Assembly: GCF_000372725.1 (NCBI RefSeq)
Contig: NW_005201202.1
Span: 1-64,000, forward strand
Direction: 5' to 3'
Origin: Emiliania huxleyi CCMP1516
Lineage: Eukaryota
DNA length: 64,000 nucleotides
The translations under genes were made by a program, and so were the position numbers. This document shows, piece after piece, positions 1 through 11,160 of the stretch (positions are counted from its first letter, which is position 1; each line of letters starts with the position of its first letter). Below the pieces are notes generated by a model. That model was given only the letters and a program-made list of their open reading frames with translations, was not told where the DNA came from and did not search any database.

Positions 1-184
1 GCCCCGCCCACCCCCGCCTGCCCCGCCCGCCCTGGCCTGCCCCGCCCACCCGCCTGCCCCGCCCACCGCCCCATGCGCCCTTCGCCCCGAGGAGGGTGGC
101 CGCCCGAGCGGCGCCCTTGCCCCGCCCGCCAAAGGCCCGCCCGCCCCCGCCAAAGGCTCGCCCGCCTCCGCGGCCGCGCGCGGT

Positions 185-1183
185 GTGGACGAGGGCGCGC
201 GGCTCGCCTTCGTCCACTTCTTCGCCTCCCTCCTCCGCGACTTGCCGCGCGCGCGAGAGGCGGGCGCGGCGGCGGCCGCCAGCGCCGGCGACGAGGCGGA
301 GGCGCTCGACTGCCAGCGCACCGCCTTTGTCGACATGGCCGAGCCGCGTGCGAGGCCGTTTGTGTCCGAGTTTGCGCAGACGCAGATGTTTGCGCAGCAC
401 GTGCTTGCGGGGAGGGCGCCCCCGGCCTTTCAGGAGCGGGGAGTCGGCGCGGCGATGCAGCTGGCGGAGGCTGACGCGCGCTCCTCCCCCCGGCGTCCGC
501 AGGAGTGCTCCGACGCCTTTTTGGCGGAGCGCGTCGCCTCCCTCTCCACCTCGCGCCGCACTCCGGCGACCACCGCCGAAGACCTCTCTCTCTCGATGGC
601 GGCGCGTCTCGAGGCGCGGATGGGGGGCAAGAAGTCCGCGGCCGCGCAGCCCGAGCGCCCCGCGCAGGTGCGTCCCACCCACCTGACCGCCGTTGCACCT
701 GCAGGTCTGCGCTCGGAGGAGCGATGGGATCCGCTGCCGCCGCCACTGCCGCCGCTGCCGCCGCGGCGGGGGAGGCGGGCGGCAAGGACGCGGCACCGGC
801 GGCACCGGGAGCGTGTGCCGCCTTTCCCAAGGGGTTGCACTCGGTGCCTCCGCCGCAGTCGGCGGCGGCCCCTCCCCCGACGGGCTTCTCCTACCCCGAC
901 GGACCGCCGCGCAGCTTCCCCGAGAGCCTAGCGCCGGTGCTTGCTCCCTCGATCTGCCAGCAGCGTGCCCGCCCACTTTCGCCCGCCCGCGCCGCGCAAT
1001 ACCGCCACCGATCCTCCGATGCGATCAGGTGTCGTCTCCGCTGCCACGCCTCAAGGGGGAGCCGCCGCCTCCGCCGCCCGCTGTCTCTGCGGAGACGCGC
1101 CGCGCGTGGGCGGAGGTGCACCGATCTCGTTAGAGGAGGGCCGTGGAGAGCATCTCCTCACGCTGGCGTCTGTGGACGAATAG
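185..1183 (+). CDS. 3' part of a DENN-domain (Rab GEF-like) protein; partial, probably spliced, boundaries uncertain
   Basis: LAFVHFFASLL...FVD...PFVSEFAQTQMFAQHV resembles the dDENN subdomain signature; the C-rich repeats at 1-75 look intronic. Confidence 0.5.
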
Positions 1184-1689
1184 GCTTTGCGTTCCCTCGA
1201 GGCGCACGCTGAGCAAAGGCAGACAGGCCAAAAGATCGGAGCGTCGGTGAGCGCCGTGGTGGGCGGCGCGCTGCTTGCCGCACCCGCCGTCGGATGTCAG
1301 GTGCAGTGAGGGCGAGACCGCGGACCAACACTCTCGACGCAATGCCAATATAATCAACGTTCTTGCGTGTTGATAAGGTGCAGTGGCCGTTGGACCGTTT
1401 GTATACTCAGCGAATCAAGAAATTATTCCACGCTTGTACTCTTCCTCTAAGCTCTATCTCTTCTCACTCCCGACTGCTCTCTGTGCATGTCTTTGTGACT
1501 GCGGACTCAGAGGAGTATTCAGTGCGAGAGTGTCTCGCGGCCAGTCTCTGCTCAGTGCTCTCTGACTCGCTGACTCGCTCTCGCGGGGGTCTCTCGCGTC
1601 TCTCGCGTCTCGGCTCTCGCGCTCTCCGCACTCGCGGTCCGGCCCGGGGCCATGTGCGCGCGCTCTTCGTATCGAGATCGAGCACGCGG

Positions 1690-2564
1690 TTACTGTTTCA
1701 CTTGCCTGCCCTTGGCCTTGCGAGCGGCGCGCGCCTTCGGCTGGGGCTGGGGCTGGGGCTGGGGCTCCTGCGGCTGCGGATGCGATTGGGATTGCGGTTG
1801 CGGAGACGACCTCAGCGGCCGTGGGTGCACGTCCACAGATTGGCCCGTGGTATGACAGTAGCAAACGCGCATCTTGTTCTGTGAAGTTTGCGCCTTGCAG
1901 TTGTAAGTTCCATGCGTGCGTGTGCTCTTGGATGTTGCACACCACCCAGTCTCGTCCATGACCGGAGTATCTGGAGCGTCACCCCACTTCGTGTCACAGC
2001 GGTCCGGGTCAATTTTCGAGCCCAGATGACTCAGGCCTGCCGTCATCATGACACCTTTGCTGGTGTTGACATCGCCATTGTGTGCTGCAAGCATGTCTTC
2101 GGTGCAAACCAAGCCGTGCGCTTTGCAAGTTGCCGTGCAGCTCTGCGCAAAGGACCCGACGTACCATCCAGAACGCTGCACCTGCGGCGTGCCTTGGGCG
2201 CTTGACGCCATGCTGCCACTTCGCTCTTGATCCGCCTTCAAGGCCCGCGCCTTCTCAGCCGCCTCGCGTTGCCGCTGTCTGTCCTCCCTGCCCTGCTTCT
2301 TTCCGCGAGCTTGCTCTGCATCTCGAGCGGCTTTGAGTCGTTCCCGCTCCGCCGCGTTTGTTGCACCTCTCTCGGCCCCCTCGGACGTTGGTGCTGGGCT
2401 ATTGTTTCCCGCAACCGGTGGCCCCGGTTGAACAGCCTGAGCCGGTGCTCGCCGATTGGGCCTCGCTTGCGAGGGCGAACGGGGGCGCTTGGGCACTACC
2501 TCTGAAGTGCCTCTCTTCCCACTGCGGGGAAGCGGCGCGCCGTAGTGTGATGTTGGTGTTGGTG

Positions 2565-2617
<53 letters not shown>

Positions 2618-3387
2618 TTGTAAAGAGGAGGTGGTGGCGGCGGCGGCGGCGGCGGCTTGTAAAGAGGAGGTGGCGGTGGTGGCCTGTGAAGAAGTGGTGG
2701 TTGTGGCTTGTGCATCCGCCGTCGAACGGGAGCTCCAGACACGGCATGTGGCTTGTCCATCCGCTGCGTCCTGGCCACCTTATCACGGCCACCATTGTGA
2801 CCTCGTGTGCTACTGCGGCCGTCGTTGATTGTCCCTGTTGGATGACCTCCTCGTGCAGCCGCGCTGCTGCTGGTGCTGCTGGTGCTGCTGGTGCTGCTGG
2901 TGCCGCTGCTGCTGCTGCTGCCACGCAGCAACCACGCTTCAGCACGGGCTTGCAGGCCGGGCCGCGCTGGGCTGGCAGCAACAGCAGCACAAACCAACAC
3001 AAAGCCGAGGCAGAGTGTGGTCATAGAGGGGCAGCGCCTCCTCTCTGGCTCGACCTTTTTGGTTCGGCCCAGCAATGAGCTCCGGCTGTCATTGTCCTCG
3101 GGCGGGTCCCCAATCGTGATTCTGTCCGGATCGCCATCGTTTGTGGCCACCAAGGCTCGAGCGTGCACCGGCGTTACGCCTGCAGCAGTGAGATCTTCAA
3201 ATGTAGCAGCCTTGAGCAGTGCTATAGAGTTGAAGCCGGCCTCAACGAGGGCACTCTCGGCCGATGATACCCCGGCATCGCTCAGGAAGGAGGAGAGCCG
3301 TTGGCGTCGTACCTCAGCGCCCGCTCCTAAGAGAAGCTGTGCAACTGCATCCCTGCTGGGACTCCCTGGCTGCGGACCCGGGCTCAT
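1690..3387 (-). CDS. SAM-like domain + single TM + Ser/Pro-rich stalk + Cys-rich C-terminal domain protein
   Basis: LSSFLSDAGV..LVEAGFNSIALLKAATFEDLTAAGVTPVHARAL is SAM-like; hydrophobic CLGFVLVCAAVAA; poly-Pro YKPPPP repeats; WYVG..QSCTATCKAHGLVC Cys domain; ATG at 3387. Confidence 0.6.
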
Positions 3388-3494
3388 GGTCAGCGATGCC
3401 GTCAGCCCGAGACCCCGGCCGCCGGACGAGCCCGCGAGACACGCAACGCGAGACACACGCAATGGTCGAACGAAGTTTCACGGGGCCAGTCCCC

Positions 3495-4040
3495 GTGAAC
3501 CTTCTTTTCTACCAGGCTAGGATTGAGAGCAGCCTCGCTCTCAATCCTAGAAGTCGAAGGATTGTGAGCAGCACTCCTCGCAATCGTAGCATCTCTGTGC
3601 GATTGTGAGCACACCCACGCTCGCAATCCTACATACATCTTCTAGGACTAAGAGCAGGCAGCTCCGCTCCCAAGCAAGGTGACTGGTGACGCCTCGTACG
3701 ACTACTACCAGCGCGCTCGCAATCCGAGCAAAGTCTAGGGTTGCGAGCAGCTTAGCTCACAATCCTGGCAACATGCCTCCGATTGCGAGCAGGAGCGCTC
3801 GCAATCCTACATCTTGTAGGACTCTGAGCGGCGGTGCTCACAATCGTACCAAAGATCCAAGGATTGCTAGCACAGTCACAGAGCGACAGAGGGCGCTCCC
3901 AATCGCTCCAGCCGCGAGCGCTTGTGAGTGAGCGCGCCGGGAGGGTCTCCTCACAATCCAAACAGTGATCGCACCGATTGCGAGGGGACCCGCTCGCAAT
4001 CCTAGAAGTCGTAGGACTGTGGGCGGTGTCGCTCGATCCC
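3495..4040. repeat. Array of ~12 palindromes GATTGNGAGC-N6-GCTCNCAATC, ~40 bp period (copy 1)
   Basis: Units at 3521-3546, 3560-3585, 3601-3628, 3739-3764, 3781-3806, 3820-3845, 3976-4001 plus degenerate ones. Confidence 0.85.
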
Positions 4041-4272
4041 CTGTACCGTGTTTGTTATATGACCCCCCCCCCATTGAACACCCCAGTGAGGGAGGGCGAG
4101 ACGATCGAGGGGTCCCGTACCACGCGGAATCGACCCTATCCAGTGCTCAAGTGCTCAAGTCCAGACCAGCGACGAGGGGTGGGGCTTGGGTGGTGAGAGA
4201 GAGAGAGAGAGAGATAGAGAAAGAGGCGGGGGGGGGTACTTGGGGGGGAGGGGGCGGGAAGGGGGACTGGCG

Positions 4273-4570
4273 GTGAAGCTTCTTTTCTACCAGGCTAGGA
4301 TTGAGAGCAGCCTCGCTCTCAATCCTAGAAGTCGAAGGATTGTGAGCAGCACTCCTCGCAATCGTAGCATCTCTGTGCGATTGTGAGCACCCACGCTCGC
4401 AATCCTACATCTTCTAGGACTAAGAGCAGCTCCGTTTACAAGGTGACTGGTGACGCCTACGACTACTACCAGCGCGCTCACAATCCGAGCAAACTCTAGG
4501 GTTGCGAGCAGCTTGGCTCACAATCCTAGCAACATGCCTCCGATTGCGAGCACTCGCTCGCAATCCTAGA
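4273..4570. repeat. Second, shorter direct copy of the palindrome array
   Basis: Near-identical to 3495-3810 (GTGAA.CTTCTTTTCTACCAGGCTAGGATTGAGAGC...). Confidence 0.85.
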
Positions 4571-5203
4571 ACTTTCGCCGATTACGAGGTGCACGCTGCC
4601 GAAGCAGTTATCGTCCCCCCTCTCCTCGACGGTGATGGCGGTGTGACCGATCGAGCTACAAGAGGAGCTTGTTCAGCAGGATCCGGGATAGTCTCGTGCA
4701 CTACCTCACTGGGCCTGAGATCACCGTACGACAGCATCCCGTCACCGTCTCGGATTCGTGTGGGGTCGAACCACTCCGGGGTGGGCAAGCCCACCACTCG
4801 TTACGTGCTGCGTCCCTCCCCGCCTGCGCGCGAGGTGGCGTGGTCACGTGTGCCATATCAACCGTGTGGCGGGCAGGGGAGTGAGGAGGAGCGGAGGAGG
4901 GCTCGGACGGGGCGCGTGGCGGGAGAGGGCAGGGAATGGGCGAGGCCGAGGGGGGGGAGGGGGGCTCAGCCGTGCAAAAAGCATCAATTAATGATATTAA
5001 TGAAGAAATATTGCTCCGCCGTCCATGGAGTCCATCTCGATCTGGAGGAGACGGGTCAACCCCGTGAGGACCAGATCACGTTCACATTGTCGTAGCCGAA
5101 GAGGATGTTGACCTTTAGCTCCTGCCAACCCTCCGCTTCAAGGTGGAGTAAATTTCAAAACCAACTTCACAGCAAAATTTCAAAACCAGCTTCACGGCGG
5201 TTT

Positions 5204-5337
5204 GGAGCACTTGGAGTTCAGTTAGTAGCCTCACACACATCCAGGGCCGGGGAGCTGAGAAGCGCACCCAGCGGGCCGGATGATCGGGATCGGGTTGCGG
5301 GCAAGAGAGCCCTAGCCCTGGGGGGTGCGCGGTCCAG
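5204..5337 (-). mobile_element. 3' end of LINE/SINE family A with (CTCCAAGTG)n tail
   Basis: Same sequence at 29005, 35731 and 63971, and in the opposite orientation split at 23520-23632/24597-24656. Confidence 0.7.
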
Positions 5338-6821
5338 CGACAATTTGTTTTTCTCTCGGACCCCGACTCTTTCGGCGAGCAGGCGCTCAGAGAGGAGAGC
5401 AGCGCTGCAGTCCTGCAGTCGCACACACGCGCGCTTGGGTACGCGCTACGGTGGAACTCGTGACTGTTTAATTGAACAAGGCTGACCCCTACCCCTCTCG
5501 GTGGGCTTGCAGGTAGGGGGTTCGGGTAATAAGGTGCATCGGGGTCGGCGGGCGTGAACTGGAGTGATACCGCTTCGGCCGTTCAGTAGCGAACTCCCTT
5601 TCCCCTCGACGGCCTTCTGAGATGCCTCGGCTGGGTGTGTGTCTCTGCCGTTCCTTCGTCCGGCTGTTCGTACCTGTTCGTGCGTCAGGTGTGGGTGCGT
5701 TTTGGCCAGTGCCGTTCCTGCGTCCGGCTCTGGGAACCCGTTCGTGCGACAGGTGAGTGTTCGTGTGTCGTGTGTGGGATTTCTACCGTTGAGCTGTGCC
5801 GTTCCTGTGTCCGGCTATTCGTTCCTGTTCGTGCGGGAGGTGTGTGGGGGGGAGGGGTCTGCCCAGTGCCTGTTTGCTTTAACCCGGTTGAGCCATGGGG
5901 GAGTCAGGCAGGAGGAGTTTTGGGCTGAGGGGCCGTGCTTTCCGTTGAAATCGTTCCAGCGTTGTGTGATTTGAAGACGTCTATCACTTTCGTGTGTGGA
6001 GTTCGATGGAGCCTGTTTCTTTGCAGAGCTCTCCGAATAGAGCGTAGGTGTCTAGGTGTCTGACAGTGACTGCGGAAAAGGGTAGAATTCTTTGATGCGG
6101 AGGCGGAGCGCAGGGCAATTGCGCTTGAGAGGGAGGTGTGGGTTGACGGGGAGTGTCGGGGTGGGCGTCGTAAGGGTGAGGGCGATTGCCGTCCTCCCCC
6201 CTTCGCCCACCTCGACGCCTTCTCGTAGGCGCCCACGCGACTGTGTGTGACATTGGTTCAATTGTGTATCGCGCGCCTTGCGGGGGGGGCGCGGAAAAGA
6301 GGAACCTCTTAGCGCCATCGCCACGGTGCTGCATGCAGCGCCGGGCGACGACGGCTTACCGCCTCCCGGTCCCCCTCGGCACACCTCCGCTGCTCAATGT
6401 TTGACGGCTCGAACCCGTGAAGCTTCCCCGTGCGCGGGTTACCCCGCACACGGGTCAGCCTGCCAGCCACGTATCCACGCAAGCGTGGTCCGCGTGCATG
6501 GCATACAGGCGTCCGCCAGACAGCGCAGAGGCTAGGCGACCGGGGAAGGACTAGCTCAAGGGCAACACAGCGTCACCAGCCGTTGGCGCGCAGAACGAGT
6601 CTGCGGCCCCCGGTTGGGACGAGTGCGCGACGCGGACGAACCGCTCAATGTGGCCGGCAGCTCGCGCTGCCGGCGGGGTTGGTTGGGGAGAACCGGCACG
6701 GGGATGGCCGGCCTCCCCGGAGGGGTCGCCCCCTGGAGGGGCCCCAAAGGGCCCCCCGGGGGGGCGGGGGCCCCCGCCCCGAGGGGCGGGGGCGGGTCCT
6801 TCCGTGTCGCTCCCCTCGTAA

Positions 6822-7198
6822 AAAGGGATGCCGCAGGTCGCACCTCATATACTGTGTGCAACCTCGCCGTGAGAACACGTGTGTTACAGACAGGGGCTGG
6901 GACCCACCCATGAGAGCGCCGGCCGTTGTGCTTGTTCATCATTCTCAACCCATTTTGCCTCATGGAGCCAGTCGAACCCCGGTCCCAACGAGATTCGAAC
7001 TGGCAGCCACTCGATGACTTGATGGGTCGCAGTCTCGAACTGCATGTGAGCGCTAAAGGGATGCCGCAGGTCGCACCTCATATTCACTGTTTGCAACCTC
7101 GCCGTGTAGATATGTGAATATCTCGGTGACACGTGTGTTACAGACAGGGGCTGGGACCCACCCATGAGAGCGCCGGCCATTGTACTTGTTCACCATTC
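6822..7198. repeat. Two ~125-140 bp direct repeats (6822-6944, 7055-7198)
   Basis: AAAGGGATGCCGCAGGTCGCACCTCATAT...GGGACCCACCCATGAGAGCGCCGGCC present twice. Confidence 0.85.
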
Positions 7199-7228
7199 AA
7201 TCTTTTGATGTGACGCGGCTCGATTTGG

Positions 7229-9877
7229 GAGAGAGAGAGATTTTTAGCAATACCAAACAACTCTAACACTCACACGTCATTTGGGGCCTGGAGCCCTGTT
7301 CACGCGCGCGCGAGACGTGCAGACAGGGTTGCCAGGTGAGAGCGAATGGCGCGGTTCACGCCTCGCACAACAGAGAGAGAGATGCGCTCTGCATGGTGGG
7401 ACATAAAAGAGAGCGAGTACTTGGGCGAGTAGGCCGTGCGGTCGACGCTGCCGCGCGCGACTTTGCGCGCGAGGCGGCGCAGCTTGAGAACGGCGGTGGG
7501 CGAGAAGCCGCCGCCGAACGTCTCGTGGAGCAGCAGGTTGAAGTTGTTGCGCTTGACAAAGATCGCGTCGTGGTAGAAACCGCGATGCGCCTTGACGTAG
7601 CCGTGGCCGTTCTTGTGGTCGAAGGGTTGGCCGGGTTGCCCGCGCGCCTTGCAGCCCATGTTTAGGCGGCGGGCCTTCTCTTCGGTGTTGCCGAAGGCGT
7701 AGGAGTGGCCAACGGAGGCGGGCGTGCCGCCGCTCGAGGCGTTGCCAACGCCCGCCGAGGAGGTCTTGAGGAGGGGCGTCCAGAGCTTGACTTCATTCAC
7801 CTCATCGCATCCTCCCGGGCCAGCGTGGGGTTCCGCGAGGTCGACCTTGTACCCCTCGTTGTACTGCCGGGTGAGCTCTGGTTTCTCCTTGTCGCCGTGC
7901 ACGACCGGCGCGTTGGCCGGGGCGCGCATCGCGTCCGCCCAGGCGGCGAGGACGCCGTCGTGGGGCCGCCGGTGGTGGGCCTTGTTGTAAAGGTAGTCGC
8001 CGAAGAAATCGACTGACATGCCCCGCTCGAGCGCGACCCGAAGGGTGGGAAGCGCCACGGAGAGCCAAAGGCCGAGCTTCCGCTGGAGCTCGTCCTGGAG
8101 GGTGTCGGAGGAGAGGGCGGTGGCGTACGTACCGTCGACACGGACATCGAAGGCCTTGCCGGCGAAAGGCGTTGAGGCAGAGACGAAGCGCGCGGCTTCG
8201 CGGTTGTTGACGGCGCTGTCTCCGAGGGACGGGTTGTTCTTGACGTGCACATCCCGCGCCTTGACGAGCTCCTGGTGCGCGAACCAGTCCTTGTGATTCT
8301 TGATGGCAGCGAGCGCCCGCGGCCGCGGGTACGTGGATTTGCAAGTGCCATTGAGAATCGCGTCGGTAGCTGGAAGGGACTCGGGCTCGGGGAGCGGGAC
8401 GCTCTTGGGGTAGAACTCAGTCAGGTAGCCGCCGCGGACGGTGTGGTACTTGGTTTTGTCGCGGGCGGCGCGCTTCTCGCACACCTCCTTCCAGTCCGAG
8501 AGGGCGGACTCGTAGGTGGCGATAGCTGCGGCGATGGCGGGGTACTTGGACGCACCTGCCTCGTCGAGGGCGAAGTCGGGGTTGTGGGCGACGAGGGTGC
8601 GCCAGTTCTTGAGGAGCGACATGGAGAAGTCGCTGTCGGCTCGCGAGAAGGCGGTATCGATGTTGCACCCGCCCATCTCGGTCGGCAGCTGTGCCTGGAG
8701 CCACGCGAGGTCGCGGAGCGCCTGGGGCGAGGCGTCGGCGCGAGCAATGCTCTCAAAGGACTTGCGGATGCGGTTGTGCGCAAACTCGAGAGCGTCGCAC
8801 GCGACATTGGGCGGCGTGATGCCGGCAATGTACTTGGTCTTTGCGCAGGCAATCCGTTGGACGAGGTTGAGGCGGAGCTGCGAGGTGTTCGTGACGCAGT
8901 CAGTGTCGACGATCGTGTCGATGACGTCGAGCGGCGCGAGCTTCTTCCTGAGGTGCGCGGTGAGCTCCTTCTTGCAGGCTTCCGGGTCGCCAAAGAAGGT
9001 GCCGACGGCCTTGAAGCAGTCCACTCGCCCCGTGGGTTTGCCCTCCTTGTCGCGGTGCGCCGGCGAGCCCCGGAGCCAGCCCGGCGCGCACGAGAGGTCG
9101 CCCTCGGGCGAGTAGATGAGCGACTTGCCGACGCCGTCGAAGACGCTCGCTCCCTTCTTCTGCGCCTCGAGGAGGCCCTTTGGTCCGGAGTAGGCGGCGA
9201 CGGCGCGCAAGGGCTCGTCGTTCTGGCAGATGTCGTCCGCAAAACCGATGAGGCGCATGCTCGGGTTTTCCTGCACGACGTGCCTTCCACCGGGGTATGG
9301 TACCCTCGCGGCCCAAAGGGTGGGGGGGTATGGTCCTGACCGCCCATCCCCGGTCTCCGGGAGGCTGGGTCTGTCAGCAGGGGGGGGGGGTATGGTCTCG
9401 AGGTGGGTTGCGTGAGACTACCATACCACACCAGAAAGTCCAAACCCGGGGCGGGCAGCGGGCAGCTGCCCCCAGTACGCGCGGGGCTGTCCTGGACGGC
9501 GTGGCAGATGTCGTGGAGGAAGCAGACGCTGAGGATGGTGGACAGCGCACGTCCCTGGATGACCCCGCAGGCGGACTTGGCGTAGTTGGGGTCGTTGTAG
9601 TCGGGGCACTCGAGGCTGAGTGGGTCCCAATCGGCGGCAGAGAAGTCCAGGTCGTCGCCGTCGGCGGAAGGCAGCCGCAAGGCGCCCTCGGCCTTGACAA
9701 GGCGGATGAAGCTGGGCGTGCCCATGATGAGGCGAGCGACGGGTAGGAGGTCAGGGCGTCGCTTGCGGATCCAGTCGAGGAGCTTGACGCGCCCACAGCC
9801 GTTGGGGTCAGGCTTGTTGTCGGCCGTGAGCGCCTGGGCGATCGTGTTGTAGAAGTTCTCCTTGTCGCCCGAGATGG
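7229..9877 (-). mobile_element. 5'-truncated CRE-like non-LTR retrotransposon (RT + restriction-like endonuclease), 9-bp TSD
   Basis: TSD TCGATTTGG at 7220-7228 and 9878-9886; 3' end TTGCTAAAAATCTCTC also found at 54889 and 56931. Confidence 0.85.
7300..9877 (-). CDS. Reverse transcriptase + RLE endonuclease ORF (5'-truncated), interrupted by a 221-nt insert at 9271-9491
   Basis: RT motifs GDKENFYN, GVIQGRALS, GFADD; RLE-type HRRPHD...KVDL...NEVKL...HETFGG. Confidence 0.8.
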
Positions 9878-9920
9878 TCGATTTGGTGCCGTGAAGTGCT
9901 CTCCAGTAGCGGCATCGACG

Positions 9921-10555
9921 ATGGCCTATCGCCCCGCCCGCGAAGGCAATCTCCTCTCCCTCTATATCAACAACCGTGCTGGTGGTCTCATCTTCCATAG
10001 AGTGCGTTCTTCCCGCAGATCCGCGCACCTCCACCGCAGCCAACAGCATCCCCCGCCAAAACAGGACTTCAGTCCTAACGCGGCCAAGCTCGACACCAAC
10101 GAGCAAATGCAGCTGGCGTCGACGTTCAGCGGACTCGCCCTCATCATGGGCCAGCTCGCGCCCAGCCGGCCCTCATCCGGGATGCAGCTGCTCGAGGCGG
10201 ACGGTGGGCGCACCTCAACAGCAGGACACCCCCGCCGGTCAGCCCCCACCCCGCGCTGTGCTGCCACAGGCTTTCTGTTGCAGTCCTTCGACTCGCCCAC
10301 TGGCATCAAATTCTTCCTCACGGCGGAGCCCGACGCCAAGGGCCTCGACCTAGTGCTGCGAGAGGTGCGTTGCGAGTGCCTCCGAGAGAGGGCGCGCACT
10401 CCCGCCGAGAGAGCACGCGCCCGCAGGTGTACACTTACTATGCTGACTACGTGCTGAAGAACCCGTTCTACGAGATGGACATGCCTATCCAGAAGGGTGG
10501 CAAGTTCTGCCAGAAACTCGATCGGATGGTGGCGCAGGTGCAGGATAGAAGGTAG
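9921..10555 (+). CDS. TRAPPC4: TRAPP complex subunit 4 (Trs23/synbindin); exons 9921-10001, 10065-10203, 10270-10364, 10427-10555
   Basis: LYINNRAGGLI, NEQMQLASTF, TGIKF, YADYVLKNPFYEMDMPI; three GT-AG introns keep the frame. Confidence 0.9.
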
Positions 10556-11160
10556 CACGTGGCGTGGCGCACACCGGGACCGGTCCGGTACGGCTCTAGT
10601 GACATACATGTTGCATGCACATGCTGTGCATGCACATGTGCATGCACATGTGTAGAGTGCGGGTGAGTGGGCAGAGTCCAGAGAGAGCGCGTGGGTGCAC
10701 CGACTCTGCTGCGTCCCGAGCACACTACCGTGCGGGACTATGGGACTCTAGGCTCTAGCGCACTGCCGCGCTGTGCGAGAACAACTGGAGGCGCCCGCCC
10801 GTGGCCCCGACTGGCGACTCTAGCGTGTCGTGGCGACTGCGGACTGGGACTGCGGTCTGCGGAGAACTAGCAGGTAAACTACTATTGACAATTGAGAGCT
10901 AATATGAGCTTGGCGCATGCGTTGTCGTAATTTTTTTCACCGTGTATTCCCTACGTTGCTACGTATTGTGGCGCAGCCACGAGCCCCAGGGTCTCTGGTG
11001 TCTGGAGATGTGCGCTGTGGACTAACCGGACCGCACCTCTCCCCTCCATCACGAGCCGCCACACCGCACTGGCGTGCGCTCTCAAGGTTCAGACTACACA
11101 CCTCTCCCCCATGATAGAGCAAGTTCCACAGCCTCGCCGTGCGCAAAAGTTGAAGCCAAG

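Noticed and set aside
3495..4570. CRISPR array
   Set aside because: Linkers are only 13-16 nt, loops vary, there are no cas genes, and the context is eukaryotic
6895..6925. HDV-like or twister ribozyme (minus strand GGCCGGC...GTCCCAGCC)
   Set aside because: The complementary P1/P2 3' strands could not be found at suitable spacing
6980..7060. tRNA-like GTTCGAATC motif on the minus strand
   Set aside because: No cloverleaf could be folded
8245..9339. Long antisense and alternative-frame ORFs throughout the window
   Set aside because: Shadow ORFs expected at this GC content, opposite real genes
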